Shown: positions 1 to 21,390, counted from the stretch's first letter. The stretch: DNA of 64,000 bases from Eledone cirrhosa (GCA_964016885.1 OZ024752.1:25482001-25546000); one strand, 5' to 3'. Numbers and translations: made by a program. Notes: generated from the sequence alone by a model not told the origin.

Positions 1-86
1 ATGCAGAACAATAATATAGAAGACGTAAAATAAGAACATTTTTTAAAATAATTTAAAAAAAATTAACTTACTTACTTAAATTTTCA

Positions 87-166
87 CTCCAACTAATTAG
101 TTTCTGCAATGGGATAAAGACAGTTACGTAATGAACTGTTGAGAATTTCATTGCGTCATCAGGGAG
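87..166 (-). ncRNA. Type I hammerhead ribozyme, mirror copy
   Basis: Reverse complement of 425-504 in the left arm. Confidence 0.75.
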
Positions 167-424
167 ATCTATTCTCAGCCAAGTCTCCAGGCAATGCGCG
201 GACACTGGGGACTCATATAAAAATAATAATAATTCGGTAAATGGAACAGCTATCGAGGAGCCACTGGTCATATGGCCGATTCTAAAGAATCAATCACGTG
301 ACACAGAGGCTAGTCAGTAGGAATGGGATGGTAAGATCCAGCTGTTCCATTTACCGAATTATTATTATTTTTATATGAGTCCCCAGTGTCAGCGCATTGC
401 CTGGAGACTTGGCTGAGAATAGAT

Positions 425-504
425 CTCCCTGATGACGCAATGAAATTCTCAACAGTTCATTACGTAACTGTCTTTATCCCATTGCAGAAACTAATTAGTT
501 GGAG
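425..504 (+). ncRNA. Type I hammerhead ribozyme (long helix II)
   Basis: ctcc-CTGATGA-c gcaatg..(acagtt/aactgt hairpin)..cattgc a-GAAA-ctaattag (palindromic helix III)-TT-ggag; GUU triplet. Confidence 0.75.
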
Positions 505-563
505 TGAAAATTTAAGTAAGTAAGTTAATTTTTTTTAAATTATTTTAATTTTCTTATTTTACG

Positions 564-610
<47 letters not shown>

Positions 611-611
<1 letters not shown>

Positions 612-1306
612 GATATTAATAAATGGAAACTATATTTATAAAACCATATTTATTTCATTATACATATTTCAGGGATACCAAATTAAATTATGGTATGCCT
701 TCATCAGACAAAATACAATATATAACAGTTTTACAAATAAGCTTTGACGTACCCTATTAAAATGCAACCATTGTTTTTGGAAGTCATCTGGATAGTGAAT
801 TGTTTATATAACTTTAATAAGTCATAGCGTTAAGGACAATTAGAGAAAGACGGAGAGAAAGAAAAAGACGGAGAGAAAGAAAAAGACGGAGAGAAAGAAA
901 AAACGTGGAGAAATATCGGAGAGAGAGATGCATGGAGAAAAAAAGAAAGAGATAAGTAAAGACAGGAGGAAAGGAAGAAAAAAGGAAGAAATAAGAAAAA
1001 CAGAGGAAAGCAACAGAGAGATATTAGGTCAACAGACAGATAGAAAAACTCAAGAGAGAGAAATGTTATATAGAGAGAGAGGGAGATTATGAAAACTTTA
1101 CGTCATGTCATGTTAACCTGAGTTAACAATTCATATGAAATGAATAATAAAAATATAAATATTAATGTTCATGAATGGGATATAGATATATAATGAGAAA
1201 TTAAACATTGTTTAATAATGACTATATGTTTAGTTTAAACCTTGAGATCAATATACCAAAATTTGGGTTTAATCTCCAAAATGTACACATTGGTAGAGAA
1301 AGACAC

Positions 1307-1310
<4 letters not shown>
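611..1310 (-). mobile_element. Non-coding repeat element, copy 1, with degenerate HHR-like motif at ~655-712
   Basis: Diverged direct repeat of 1435-2125; minus strand CTGATGA-agg(c)atacca..tggtatccct-GAAA-tatg-TA; helix I poor; flanked by (TA)n. Confidence 0.55.
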
Positions 1311-1345
<35 letters not shown>

Positions 1346-1349
<4 letters not shown>

Positions 1350-2125
1350 AAAGTTTTATTTAAAATTGTTGGGTTACAACGAGTAAATATTTTATAACTG
1401 ATATAAAGCACTCAACAAGTTTTGGAGTAGATATACGATATTAAACAAATGGAAACTATATTTATAAAACCATATTTATTTCATTATACATATTTCAGGG
1501 ATACCATATAAAAAATATGGCATGCCTTCTTCAGATAAAATACAATATATAAGCAGTTTTATAAATAAATTTGACGTACCATAAAATATTGATCAACTTC
1601 CATTTAAAAAAGTTGGTTTGGTAGTGAAATGTTTGTAAATATTTAGTGTTAAGCATAGTTATAAAAGAAAGACGTAGAGAAGGAATAAATGTATGTAAAG
1701 AAAAACAGAGAGAGATAGAGAGAGATATGGGAGAGAGAAATAGTGAGGAGGTGAAAAATGAGAGGCAGCTGAGGTAACAGATGAATAATAATAATCATCA
1801 TACAAATTGAGAGATTTAGGAGGAAGGGAGTACTGTAATTATTTATTTATTTATTTAGTTATAGTGTTAAGGAGACGGAGATAAATAAAAAATAACTAAA
1901 GAAGAAAGCTATATCTAGAGAGAAGGATGACAGATTTACAACTTTACGTTATGTCCCATCATTTTGAATTATCAATTCATATGAATTGGGTATTATACTG
2001 TAAATATCAATATTCATGAATGAGACATAGATATATAATGTGTGAAAAATAATGACCATATGTTTAGTTTAAAAATTCTTAGGTCCATATACCAAAACCT
2101 GAGATAAAACTTCAAAATACATAAG
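1346..2125 (-). mobile_element. Non-coding repeat element, copy 2, with HHR-like motif at ~1480-1540
   Basis: Shares both end regions with 611-1310; minus strand CTGAAGA-aggcatgccata..tatggtatccct-GAAA-tatg-TA. Confidence 0.55.
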
Positions 2126-2227
2126 TATATATGTACTGCTGGGTGACTAGTGTGTGTTTATGTGCTTGTTGTTATTGTGCTTGTGTATGTATTTATTTAT
2201 CTTATTTTATTTTATTTATTTACTTAT

Positions 2228-3238
2228 TTATACTTCTCTTAGGTCAGTGTTGTTTGTTTGGGTGTTGTTGTTGTTCCACTCATTCTTTCTGTTTAGCTTT
2301 GGTCTTCTAATTTCTATTTCACTTGCCTCTCTGATTTGCCTATCTGCTGGGTCATTCCTATGTTTAGATATTATTCTAATTTCTATGTTGTCTATGTTAC
2401 CGTCATGTTGTTGTCTAGCATGTTCGTATAGTACTGACCCGTTTTTTCGTCCTTTTAGTTCCCCCCAGTGTTGGTCTATCCTTTCACCTATGCTACGAGC
2501 TGTCTCACCTATATATGTTGTTGTCATGTTTCTGCAAGTACCCTCTGTACATCTTATGCTATAGACTACGTTTCTAGTTTTACAGTTTATCCGGGGGTTC
2601 ACCTTACATATGATACATTTCCTATTGGTACAGTGGGTTGTCTTAAAAGGGTAGGTTTTGCTGATCAGGGATTTTATGGTGGTTCCTGGCTTTTCTACCA
2701 CCTTTATTTTTAAGTGGGTCTTTCTCAGGGCCTTTCTACACTGGTTAGCTAATTTCCCTCCAGGGGTGGCGTCCACAAACATGACACTCTGATATCTCTG
2801 GTTGTCGTACCATGATGTGGCCTTCCCTATGTTATGTCTAGCCCTATCTAAGCTATTCCATGATTTGCTCCTGTATAGTGGGCAAATTCCTTTCATGTCC
2901 AGTTCTATGAGGGTCTTATACTTTTCCATGGCTCCTTCGTATACTCTGACTCTATCTCTTTGGTTGTAGCCAGAGAACTGCATGCGGTTGATGAAGTGTT
3001 GGATGTGTCTTTCCATTTCTGTTGGGTCGCACATGCTGGACACATTCTTCATCACTCGTACCAAATCTACGATCAGAATATTAAACTTAGCACTACTGGA
3101 CATTGCTGAGTTTTTGAGTATCAGGTATTTGGAGGCCATGGGTTTAGCATAGTGTGAGTGGAGAATTTGGGCTCTCTCGTCTATAGTGTTAATCCAGAGT
3201 TCTGTGTCTAATACAGGTAGTCTATTGTTAGGGTGTTT
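2228..3238 (-). mobile_element. 5'-truncated Penelope-like retroelement ORF: RT C-terminus + CxxxxCxxC linker + GIY-YIG endonuclease (Neptune/Nematis-like architecture)
   Basis: LPVLD..HYAKP..RVMKNVS..FSGY (RT thumb), CTNRKCIIC linker, VVYSIRC..YIGETAR..R..H..E..PKLN (GIY-YIG). Confidence 0.9.
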
Positions 3239-3249
3239 GGAAGGGAAGT

Positions 3250-3328
3250 GAAAACCAACCAAACAGTGAGTGTGTTCTGTTATTAATTCTGGCAATATTA
3301 CACAAATATGACCCTACCCAAGTATAAC
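3250..3328 (+). mobile_element. Inverted PLE tail fragment (5' UTR + ATG start MTLPKYN) at the PLE truncation point
   Basis: Nearly identical to ~52220-52293; opposite orientation to the 2228-3238 ORF. Confidence 0.7.
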
Positions 3329-3364
<36 letters not shown>

Positions 3365-3407
3365 CATATATACATATATATACATATATACATATATACA
3401 TATATAT

Positions 3408-3460
<53 letters not shown>

Positions 3461-3466
3461 TATACA

Positions 3467-3498
<32 letters not shown>

Positions 3499-3959
3499 CA
3501 TATATATATATATGGTGGCTGCCAACTCGTTTTCGAGTACGGCCACTACTTTATATCCATGTAGGAGAACCCCTACCGATGCGCTGAACGAATGTGACTT
3601 TTTAGTCCAGCCAGCGACTTGAAAACTCTGGTACAAAGACTACACTTGTGACCATTATTGACACATAGTGCAGGGCCCATGGTACCATGTGATGACAAGT
3701 GCAGAGAGATCTCCAGATATAAAGCAATGCCTGTGCTGTGAAGCTTTTATAGTGAGCAAAGCACTGCACAAAGCCAGTCCCACTCTCTTAACCAAGATGA
3801 TATTTACCAAAAAGAAGAACAAGTCAACATCATTGGATACCATCAGGGTTGCAGGTGTTATATCAGAGTTTTCCTTCTCCTAGAATTCTGCCTTGACAAA
3901 GGCTAAGGGGTCATCTCTCCCGGTGATTTATACACATATATATATATGTGTATATATAC

Positions 3960-4052
<93 letters not shown>

Positions 4053-4062
4053 CATATATATG

Positions 4063-4144
<82 letters not shown>

Positions 4145-4149
4145 TATAG

Positions 4150-4183
<34 letters not shown>

Positions 4184-4212
4184 GTATATATATATATATA
4201 TACATATATATG

Positions 4213-4243
<31 letters not shown>

Positions 4244-4266
4244 TTACATACATATATATATATATT

Positions 4267-4389
<123 letters not shown>

Positions 4390-4435
4390 AAGTGAAAAGA
4401 ACAAAGGAACTATTATGACATTATAACAAGTTTAT

Positions 4436-4482
4436 TGCCGACAGCCGTTTCGTCCGACCCCATGGTGGGACTTATCAAGGCA
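4436..4482 (-). ncRNA. Minimal hammerhead ribozyme, mirror copy of 6609-6655
   Basis: Exact reverse complement. Confidence 0.8.
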
Positions 4483-6608
4483 TATAACATGTGATTGCAA
4501 GATCATTGTTCATCAACGTATCACTCAAGGCTAGCAGTTTGAAATTGTTGTATACATCAGCAACTCCGCTTGTATAGTTGGGGTCAATATTCTAAGGGGG
4601 GCTCTTTTATATTAGTTGTCGGGGTCAGGGATTGAAGTTTAAAATTAGACAAAAATATATAATTTACGCATCAACATTAAACTAAAAGACATGCGAACTT
4701 GAAAATACCACAAGCGAGACCCTCTGGATAACGTAGACGCAGGACCATACCCGCAAATACATACCCTGATCTGTCTTGAATATACAGGGCTGACGGAATA
4801 TGGATAACACGACCACCATCTAAGCTGAGACCGACCCATACAGCAAACAAAGAGGGCACAGCCCTTCGCTTTTGACCAGTCGCGTGTGGACTTGGAGTTC
4901 GTAATATACCACCCCAGTCAAATCCACACTGGTTTTTTAACAATATAGCATGTAGACCAATACATCCTGCGTAGCGAAACCTTGGACTTAGAACCGGCAG
5001 GCTCGTCTATCGCGAAAGCGTTCAACCCCTGAAACTAAAAGATCGAACGGACCACATCCGGCAACCACTGGCTATTAGATCCACAGGTACATCTCCCAGA
5101 GAGTCCACGCAGATAATAGTGAACCCCAGGTGATCTATGAACGTTTAAACAAGACCAGCTGCGCCTGGAGCTATGCAGATGACTGCATACTCATAATGGA
5201 TATCGTGCCTGGAGCTATGCAGGGGACTGCATAGGCAGAATGGATATCGCGCCCACACGGTCACCAGTACTGTTCATCCTGTTGTATGTATGTAAATATC
5301 AGTGCGCGGGATATCCCTGAGTACATTTTCTTGACCATCAATTGTTAATCAATTGTTTGTTATTTAGGCAAGAATGTACCATTGTGTCTGTGCTAGTCCT
5401 ATGTGTTGCTGTGTGTGTGTAAAGTATCCGAGCGCGGGATATCCCTGAGCTAATTTTGCCTGACCGTTAATAGTGTTCTGATTACTTGTTAATTGGGCAG
5501 GAATATATATTGTTGTCTTTGTTGATCCTGTATCAATAACTTTGTGATAATTTTGTAATAATTTTATGATAATTTTGTAATAATTTTGCGATAATTTTAT
5601 GATAATTTGATAATTTTGTAATGATTTTGTGGTAATTTTGTGATGATTTGATAATTTTGTAATGATTTTGTGGTAATTTTGTAATAATTTTGTAGTAATT
5701 TTTAATCCTGTATCAATAATTTTAGAATGTTTTTTTTGTGATAATACATGGTTAGATCACTGAAGCTACCTTATACCTTCTTAAAGATACATTTTATAAT
5801 TATTGTCTTTTTGCTTATGTATTTTCTTAGTTACCACTTTCTTTAATCTTGCCCAACTTGATAAACTCCTTGAATTGCTCCCTAATTAAATTACTTAAAT
5901 TGCTTAGAGTATTGTATCTATTATGCCTCGGATATCCCAAATACCGTAATTTTTAATTTTTAACTTTTAATGTATAATTTTCCTCAATTCGTTTTTATAT
6001 TTATCCTTAAAGGCTCTCTAAAATTTTAATTCTTCGAAGGGTCTCTCGGAAGAAGTTCCTATTGGAAATATTAAAGGGGCCTTTTCTGAGAGATTTATGG
6101 AAGGCTCTCTGAATTAACCTCTAATTGATTAGTTTCTTTCAACCTAGTTTTCAATTCAGTTTTCTGAATTTTGTAAACGTGATCTCGGGGGAAGAAGGTT
6201 TTTTTCTTTCGGAAAAAAATTTTTTTCTCTAGAAGAAATTTTATAGGAACTTTATATATTTTTTAGGGAAACTATATATTTTTATTTTCTTATTTTATTA
6301 GCCTCTTAATTTTCTTCTAGTCTAATAGGTTTATTGGAGCCTGTAAGCTTTATGCACTAATTGAGGGATTTTCTAAGGTGCTTCTACGGGACCCCAAGTC
6401 TTTTAGTTTAATGTTGATGCGTAAATTATATATTTTTGTCTAATTTTTAAACTTCAATCCCTGACCCCGACAACTAATATAAAAGAGCCCCCCTTAGAAT
6501 ATTGACCCCAACTATACAAGCGGAGTTGCTGATGTATACAACAATTTCAAACTGCTAGCCTTGAGTGATACGTTGATGTAAACAATGATCTTGCAATCAC
6601 ATGTTATA

Positions 6609-6655
6609 TGCCTTGATAAGTCCCACCATGGGGTCGGACGAAACGGCTGTCGGCA
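6609..6655 (+). ncRNA. Minimal type I hammerhead ribozyme, U3-A8 core variant
   Basis: tgcc-TTGATAA-gtcc..ggac-GAAA-cggctg-TC-ggca, overlapping AATAAA. Confidence 0.8.
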
Positions 6656-6904
6656 ATAAACTTGTTATAATGTCATAATAGTTCCTTTGTTCTTTTTCAC
6701 TAATATTTCTGCTCTGCGTATACGCATAGAGCTTAACTAGCTACCGTCACATATTTGGTAAGTCAGACGTGATCATCGCGATTCACATACGACCTACCAT
6801 ACATCTTACTTATATATATATATATATATATACATATATATATGTATATATATACATATATATATATATGTGTATATATACATATATATATATTTATATA
6901 TATG

Positions 6905-6942
<38 letters not shown>

Positions 6943-6960
6943 TATATATATACATATATA

Positions 6961-7280
<320 letters not shown>

Positions 7281-7324
7281 AATATATATATATACATACA
7301 TAAAAATATATATATATATATATA

Positions 7325-7540
7325 TCGTTTCTGAATTTGTTTAGCAAGATTCTTTATCTGAAATCGTGTGTTGAAACCGATATTGTTATACTTTGGGAGG
7401 GTCATGTTGCCAATAAGAAACACACGCACCAGTTGCTTTCACTTCAATTTATTATATATTTATAAATTCATAAATTTACAAATCTACAAACTTATAAATT
7501 TCTTATTGGCAACATGACCCTCCCAAAGTATAACAATATA
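7325..7540 (-). mobile_element. PLE tail fragment (ORF start [22 protein letters not shown]) with a short inverted duplication
   Basis: 7325-7480 nearly identical to 11945-12100; ~7500-7540 is an inverted copy of ~7381-7420. Confidence 0.7.
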
Positions 7541-7555
7541 TATATATATATATAC

Positions 7556-7598
<43 letters not shown>

Positions 7599-7610
7599 AA
7601 TATATATATA

Positions 7611-7641
<31 letters not shown>

Positions 7642-7982
7642 AAATGTAAGTATGTATGTATACGTACATACATATATGTATACAGACGTACAGTAGCATG
7701 TATATATATACATACAGGTACACATATATATATGCACGTATCAGTTTACCGAACATTTATTATAATGCTCGGTTTGTTCGTTTGTATACATACATACTTA
7801 CATTTAATTAAGTGCCGTACTAAGAGTGAGAAATGAAATTTCGTTTCATTCTATTCCATTTATCGTTTTCGGTGCGCCTGGCCGACTGAACTAACTCGAT
7901 ATGCAAATTAGGCTGTTCAGCCGTTAATTTTCATAAGGAAAGTATATACTTTCGGACGTTCAACCATCTGGCAGAAAGGTAT

Positions 7983-8025
7983 ACGGTGCTGATGATAGCT
8001 AATAAGCTTGAAACTAGTACATCGT
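7983..8025 (+). ncRNA. Minimal type I hammerhead ribozyme (monomer 1)
   Basis: acggtg-CTGATGA-t agct aata agct t-GAAA-ctag-TA-catcgt. Confidence 0.85.
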
Positions 8026-8424
8026 TCCTGTGTCAGTGTTGAACAAAAAGGTGACGTGGTTGCCTAAACACTGTACGGCATAATTCAGGCTGTTTCTTTG
8101 TTTACAAACGAACAAACCGAGCATTATAATAAATGTTCGGTAAAGTGATACGTGCATATATATATGTGTGCCTGTATGTATATATATACATGCTACTGTA
8201 CGTCTGTATACATATATGTATGTACGTATACATACATACTTACATTTAAGTAAGTGCCGTTCTAAGAGTGAGAAATGAAATTTCGTTTCATTCTATTCCA
8301 TTTATCGTTTTCGGTGCGCCTAGCCGACTGAACTCACTCGATATGCAAATTAGGCTGCTCAGCCGTTAATTTTCACAAGGAAAGTATATACTTTCGGACG
8401 TTCAACCATCTGACAGAAAGGTAT

Positions 8425-8467
8425 ACGGTGCTGACGATAGCTAATAAGCTTGAAACTAGTACATCGT
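8425..8467 (+). ncRNA. Minimal type I hammerhead ribozyme (monomer 2)
   Basis: Same fold, core CTGACGA (change at the variable position 7). Confidence 0.85.
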
Positions 8468-8867
8468 TCCTGTGTTAGTGTTGAACAAAAAGGTGACGTG
8501 GTTTCCTAAATACTGTACGGCATAATTCAGGCTGTTTGTTTGTTTACAAACGAACAAACCGAGCATTATAATAAATGTTCGGTAAACTGATACGTGCATA
8601 TATATATGTGTGCCTGTATGTATATATATACATGCTACTGTACGTCTGTATACATATATGTACGTACGTATACATACATACTTACATTTAAGTAAGTGCC
8701 GTACTAAGAGTGAGAAATGAAATTTCGTTTCATTCTATTCCATTTATCGTTTTCGGTGCGCCTGGCCGACTGTACTCACTCGATATGCAAATTAGGCTGC
8801 TCAGCCGTTAATTTTCATAAGGAAAGTATATACTTTCGGACGTTCAACCATCTGACAGAAAAGGTAT

Positions 8868-8910
8868 ACGGTGCTGACGATAGCTAATAAGCTTGAAACT
8901 AGTACATCGT
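8868..8910 (+). ncRNA. Minimal type I hammerhead ribozyme (monomer 3)
   Basis: Same fold, core CTGACGA. Confidence 0.85.
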
Positions 8911-9198
8911 TCCTGTGTTAGTGTTGAACAAAAAGGTGACGTGGTTTCCTAAATACTGTACGGCATAATTCAGGCTGTTTGTTTGTTTACAAACGAACAA
9001 ACCGAGCATTATAATAAATGTTCGGTAAACTGATACGTGCATATATATATGTGTGCCTGTATGTATATATATACATGCTACTGTACGTCTGTATACATAT
9101 ATGTATGTACGTATACATACATACTTACATTTAAGTAAGTGCCGTACTAAGAGTGAGAAATGAAATTTCGTTTCATTCTATTCCATATATATACATAA

Positions 9199-9273
<75 letters not shown>

Positions 9274-9706
9274 CATATATATATATATATATATACATAA
9301 ATATATATATAAATATATATATACATACATAAATATATATATATATATATAAATGTATATATACATAAATATATGTATATATATACACACAATATATATA
9401 AATAAATATATATATATATATATATATTTATGTATATATATGGAATAGAATGAAACGAAATTTCATTTCTCACTCTTAGCACGGCACTTACTTAAATGTA
9501 AGTATGTATGTATACGTACATACATATATGTATACAGATGTACAGTAGCATGTATATATATACATACAGGCACACATATATATATGCACATATCAGTTTA
9601 CCGAACATTTATTATAATGCTCGGTTTGTTCGTTTGCATAAATATATATATATATACATAAATATATATATATATATATATACATAAATATATATATATA
9701 TATATT

Positions 9707-11112
9707 TGCGTAAGCTTGTGTATGTACGTATTTGTTTGCGTGTATGTATTTATTTATTTTTATTACTTCTGTATTGTATTTATTTACTTTGTTCTATATC
9801 TGTAGCGGAGATTCATTCGGTCTCCTAGTTAGAATTTTAGTCTACGACTTCTGCTATACCATTTACGTGGTTTTGTCTTTGCGTGCTATTGTTCTCCAGC
9901 ACCACATATGACGTATTATCTTCGTTTTTTTCGTTCATTATTTCCGTATAACGGAAATAAAAGACCATGTGACCTCTGCGCCGCTGAGGCCCTGGAAATA
10001 CTCTACGCTACAGACCACATCTTAAACAAAAAATCTGAGGCAATTTCGGCTTGTAAACATAAATTGCACAAAACTTTCCTGTATTACAGCCCCACGTTAT
10101 ACCCTAACGGATAGCACGATCTATACGTGGATATTTTACGTCTTGATGTGGGAGCTAAGTATATGTTTTGTTTATTCCTTTACTTATTTGCATAGGTAAG
10201 TATATATTACCCGTATGTATGGTGAAGGTATGTATACCTTCTCGTACGTATATTTGACTGTTTATGTTATGGCGTATAATTTTATATATTCTGGTACATA
10301 TGGTTTGGCTATGTGTATACGCGAGTTTTGCGTCTGTGTGAGTATGCAGGTTCGTACGGATGTAGGGTGTGTGTATATGTGTACTTCATGTTTTAGTTGA
10401 CTTACGTCTCCGAACATTCGTGTATTTATATGTAGGTATGCGTGTGCGCTTGTTATATACGTATTTATTTACTTATATACGTTTATATAATTATTTATTT
10501 ATTTGTACACAAGCATACACACACATATTTATATGTGCGTGGTTTTGTATACCCATGGTAAGGTTTTGCGTATGCTTGTGTATGTACGTATCTGTTTGCG
10601 TGTATGTATTTATTTGTTTCTATTACTTCTGTATTGTATTTATTTACTTTGTTTTTAACTCTGTAGCGGAGATTCATGCGGTCTCCTAGTTAGAATTTTA
10701 GTCTACAACTTCTGCTATACCATTTACGTGGTTTTGTCTTTGCGTGCTATTGTTCTCCACGCTCCACATATGACTTATCTTCGTTTTTTCGTTCATTGCC
10801 AGAGAACGTCTCTATGCACCACCTAAGAGAACATTAGTCTACGACCTCTTTTATACCATAAACGTGGTTTTGTCTTTGCGCGTAATTGTTTTTCACCGCT
10901 CCTATTAATGACGTATTATTCGTTTTTTCCCATTCTTTGCCAGCGAACGTTACCACGAACCAAAGTATCGTCTTCCTGTCTTCCTCCGGTTGCAACGTTT
11001 TTTGAAATATCCACTTCTGCGTTTACAGATTGACTTTGTTAGTTTCAGAAGATCCCGTTAAGGGTGAAAGCAGCGATTCTTTGCTTAAACTTTAATCTGT
11101 TATTTTAATAAA
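9707..11112 (+). mobile_element. 5'-truncated PLE of a second lineage: endonuclease C-terminus, long 3' UTR, direct partial pseudo-LTR
   Basis: ~9944-10114 encodes PY..CDLC..E..I..LNKKSE..CKH, like the C-terminus of invertebrate PLE GIY-YIG domains; 9707-9940 repeats 10567-10797; HHR-like motif at the 3' end. Confidence 0.7.
11041..11091 (+). ncRNA. Hammerhead-like motif with CAGAAGA core
   Basis: agttt-CAGAAGA-t ccc gttaa ggg t-GAAA-gca..tgc-TT-aaact. Confidence 0.6.
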
Positions 11113-11134
11113 TATATATATATATATATATTTT

Positions 11135-11350
11135 GAAACGATCGACTTTCGTCAAATCGGACCGAGGGAACAATGTTTCCGTTGGTCTTTCCAATTGCTA
11201 ATACTATCTATCGGTCGCAACTCCAGGTAGAAAGAGCAACGTGAAATAAAGTGTCTTGCTCAAGGACATAACGCATCGCCTGGTCCAAGAATCGAATTCA
11301 CAACCTTACGATTGCGAATCCAATTCTCTAACCACTCAGCCACACGCCTT
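11135..11350 (-). mobile_element. tRNA-derived SINE with CORE-like central domain
   Basis: Minus strand A box TGGCTGAGTGG, B box ATTCGATTCT, TCCTTGAGCAAGACACTT block; homologous to 56099-56310. Confidence 0.85.
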
Positions 11351-11355
11351 CACGA

Positions 11356-11397
<42 letters not shown>

Positions 11398-11477
11398 CAT
11401 ACATAAATATATATATATATATATATATATACATACATAAATATATATAATATATATATATAAATATACATACATAA

Positions 11478-11517
<40 letters not shown>

Positions 11518-11589
11518 TATATACATACATAAATATATATGATATATATTTATATATATATACATACATAAATATATATATATACATAC

Positions 11590-11622
<33 letters not shown>

Positions 11623-11627
<5 letters not shown>

Positions 11628-11755
11628 TAAAATAACAGATTAAAGTTTAAGCAAAGCATCGCTGCTTTCACCCTCAATGGGATCTTCTGGTGATCCCGTT
11701 AAGAGTGAAAGCAGCGATTCTTTGCTTAAACTTTAATCTATTATTTTAATAAATA
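11623..11755. repeat. Small foldback built from the 3' end (HHR region) of the 9707-11112 family
   Basis: Inverted arms around ~11689, both matching ~11046-11112. Confidence 0.75.
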
Positions 11756-11897
11756 TTTGCTCTATGGTTCTTATATATTTGATATATATTTTAGTCTTCA
11801 AATTTATTATTATTACTATATATATATATATATATACATAAATATATATACATACATAAATATATATATATATAGATACATAAATATATATATATAC

Positions 11898-11942
<45 letters not shown>

Positions 11943-11945
<3 letters not shown>

Positions 11946-12828
11946 CGTTTCTGAATTTGTTTAGCAAGATTCTTTATCTGAAATCGTGTGTTGAAACCGA
12001 TATTGTTATACTTTGGGAGGGTCATGCTGCCAATAAGAAACACACGCACCAGTTGCTTTCACTTCAATTTAATTTAATATATATTTATAAATTTACAAAT
12101 TTATAAATTTCTGGTTGGTTGGTTGGTTCCACAACCAGATAGTTGTTTATATATATATAGTCATAGTTCTTTCGTCACACACTCTGTGACCTCTTCAGTG
12201 ACTGGGGATTTCTTTCTTCGTTTCTGTGCCTTTCCTTTCTTCTAACCTACGCCATTTTGTTTGTGTGTGGGTTGCGTGCTCAGTTTGCGCATGCGCCACA
12301 TCCGGGTGTCTGTGTGTGTTTGTGTTCATTTTTCTATTTTTCTATTTATATTTGTTTGTTTATTTATTTATTTATTGTTGGTTGGTTGTTTGTTCTATGT
12401 GTGTGTGTGTTTTCATTTTGTCTTGTGTGTTTTCATTTTGTGTGTGTTTTCAATTGTAAGTTGTTTGTTCTATGTGTGTGTGTGTTTTCATTTTGTCCTT
12501 AATTGTAAGTTGTGATGTTGCTGTTCCACTCATATTTTCTATTTAATTTTGGTTTTAATTCTTTTATGCTTACTGCCTCTGTAATTTGCCTAAACATTGC
12601 GTCTTTCTTGTGTGTGGATTCTATTTTTATTTCTATGCTCTCTAATTTACCCCTGTGTTCTATCTTAGCATGTTGGTAGAGCACAGATGATTCTTTACTA
12701 TCTTGGAGGTCTCGCCAGTGTTCATTTATTCGTTCCCCTATACTACGAGCTGTCTCACCTATGTACACTATATTTTTGTTTCTACATTGTCCCTCAGTAC
12801 ATCTTATGCTATATACTACATTTCTAGA
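11943..12828 (-). mobile_element. 5'-truncated PLE: GIY-YIG C-terminus (12499-12825), 3' UTR, HHR, then tail with ORF start
   Basis: [25 protein letters not shown], homologous to the 2228-3238 ORF. Confidence 0.88.
12159..12203 (-). ncRNA. PLE hammerhead ribozyme
   Basis: agtca-CTGAAGA-g-gtcaca gagtg tgtgac-GAAA-gaac-TA-tgact followed by atatatatataaa. Confidence 0.75.
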
Positions 12829-12909
12829 ATCTAAAATCACCACACCAGCAGAAAAACTAACATTTATAAGCCTTATACGCCCCGAAGAACAGTACATTAC
12901 TCAAGAATG

Positions 12910-21390
<8,481 letters not shown>

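Larger units (their letters stand above)
20..567. mobile_element. Foldback (inverted-repeat) non-autonomous element carrying mirror-image hammerhead motifs, PLE-derived-like
   Basis: Near-perfect inverted arms 20-251 / 340-567 with ~88-bp spacer; ends in (TA)n at 568. Confidence 0.8.
4391..6810 (+). mobile_element. 2.4-kb non-coding element with ~300-bp inverted terminal segments containing HHRs
   Basis: 4391-4688 is the reverse complement of ~6403-6701; no credible ORF inside; internal ~45-bp and ~130-bp duplications and an ATAATTTTGT minisatellite (~5545-5720); (TA)n on both sides. Confidence 0.75.
7640..9637 (+). repeat. Tandem retrozyme-like array, 442/443-bp monomer, ~3.2 direct copies (7786-9186) with inverted partial copies (7640-7786, 9440-9637)
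   Basis: Period read from tttacaaacgaac at 8101, 8543, 8986; one HHR per monomer. Confidence 0.85.

Noticed and set aside
20-567. MITE / DNA transposon interpretation of the foldbacks
   Set aside because: Asymmetric tails, embedded HHRs and links to PLE sequence favour a retro origin; no transposase in the window; TA TSDs cannot be assessed within (TA)n, so this is not fully excluded
3655-3900. Possible RT motif (LMVSNDVDLFF) on the minus strand
   Set aside because: No neighbouring RT motifs in frame and a nearby stop; too weak to call
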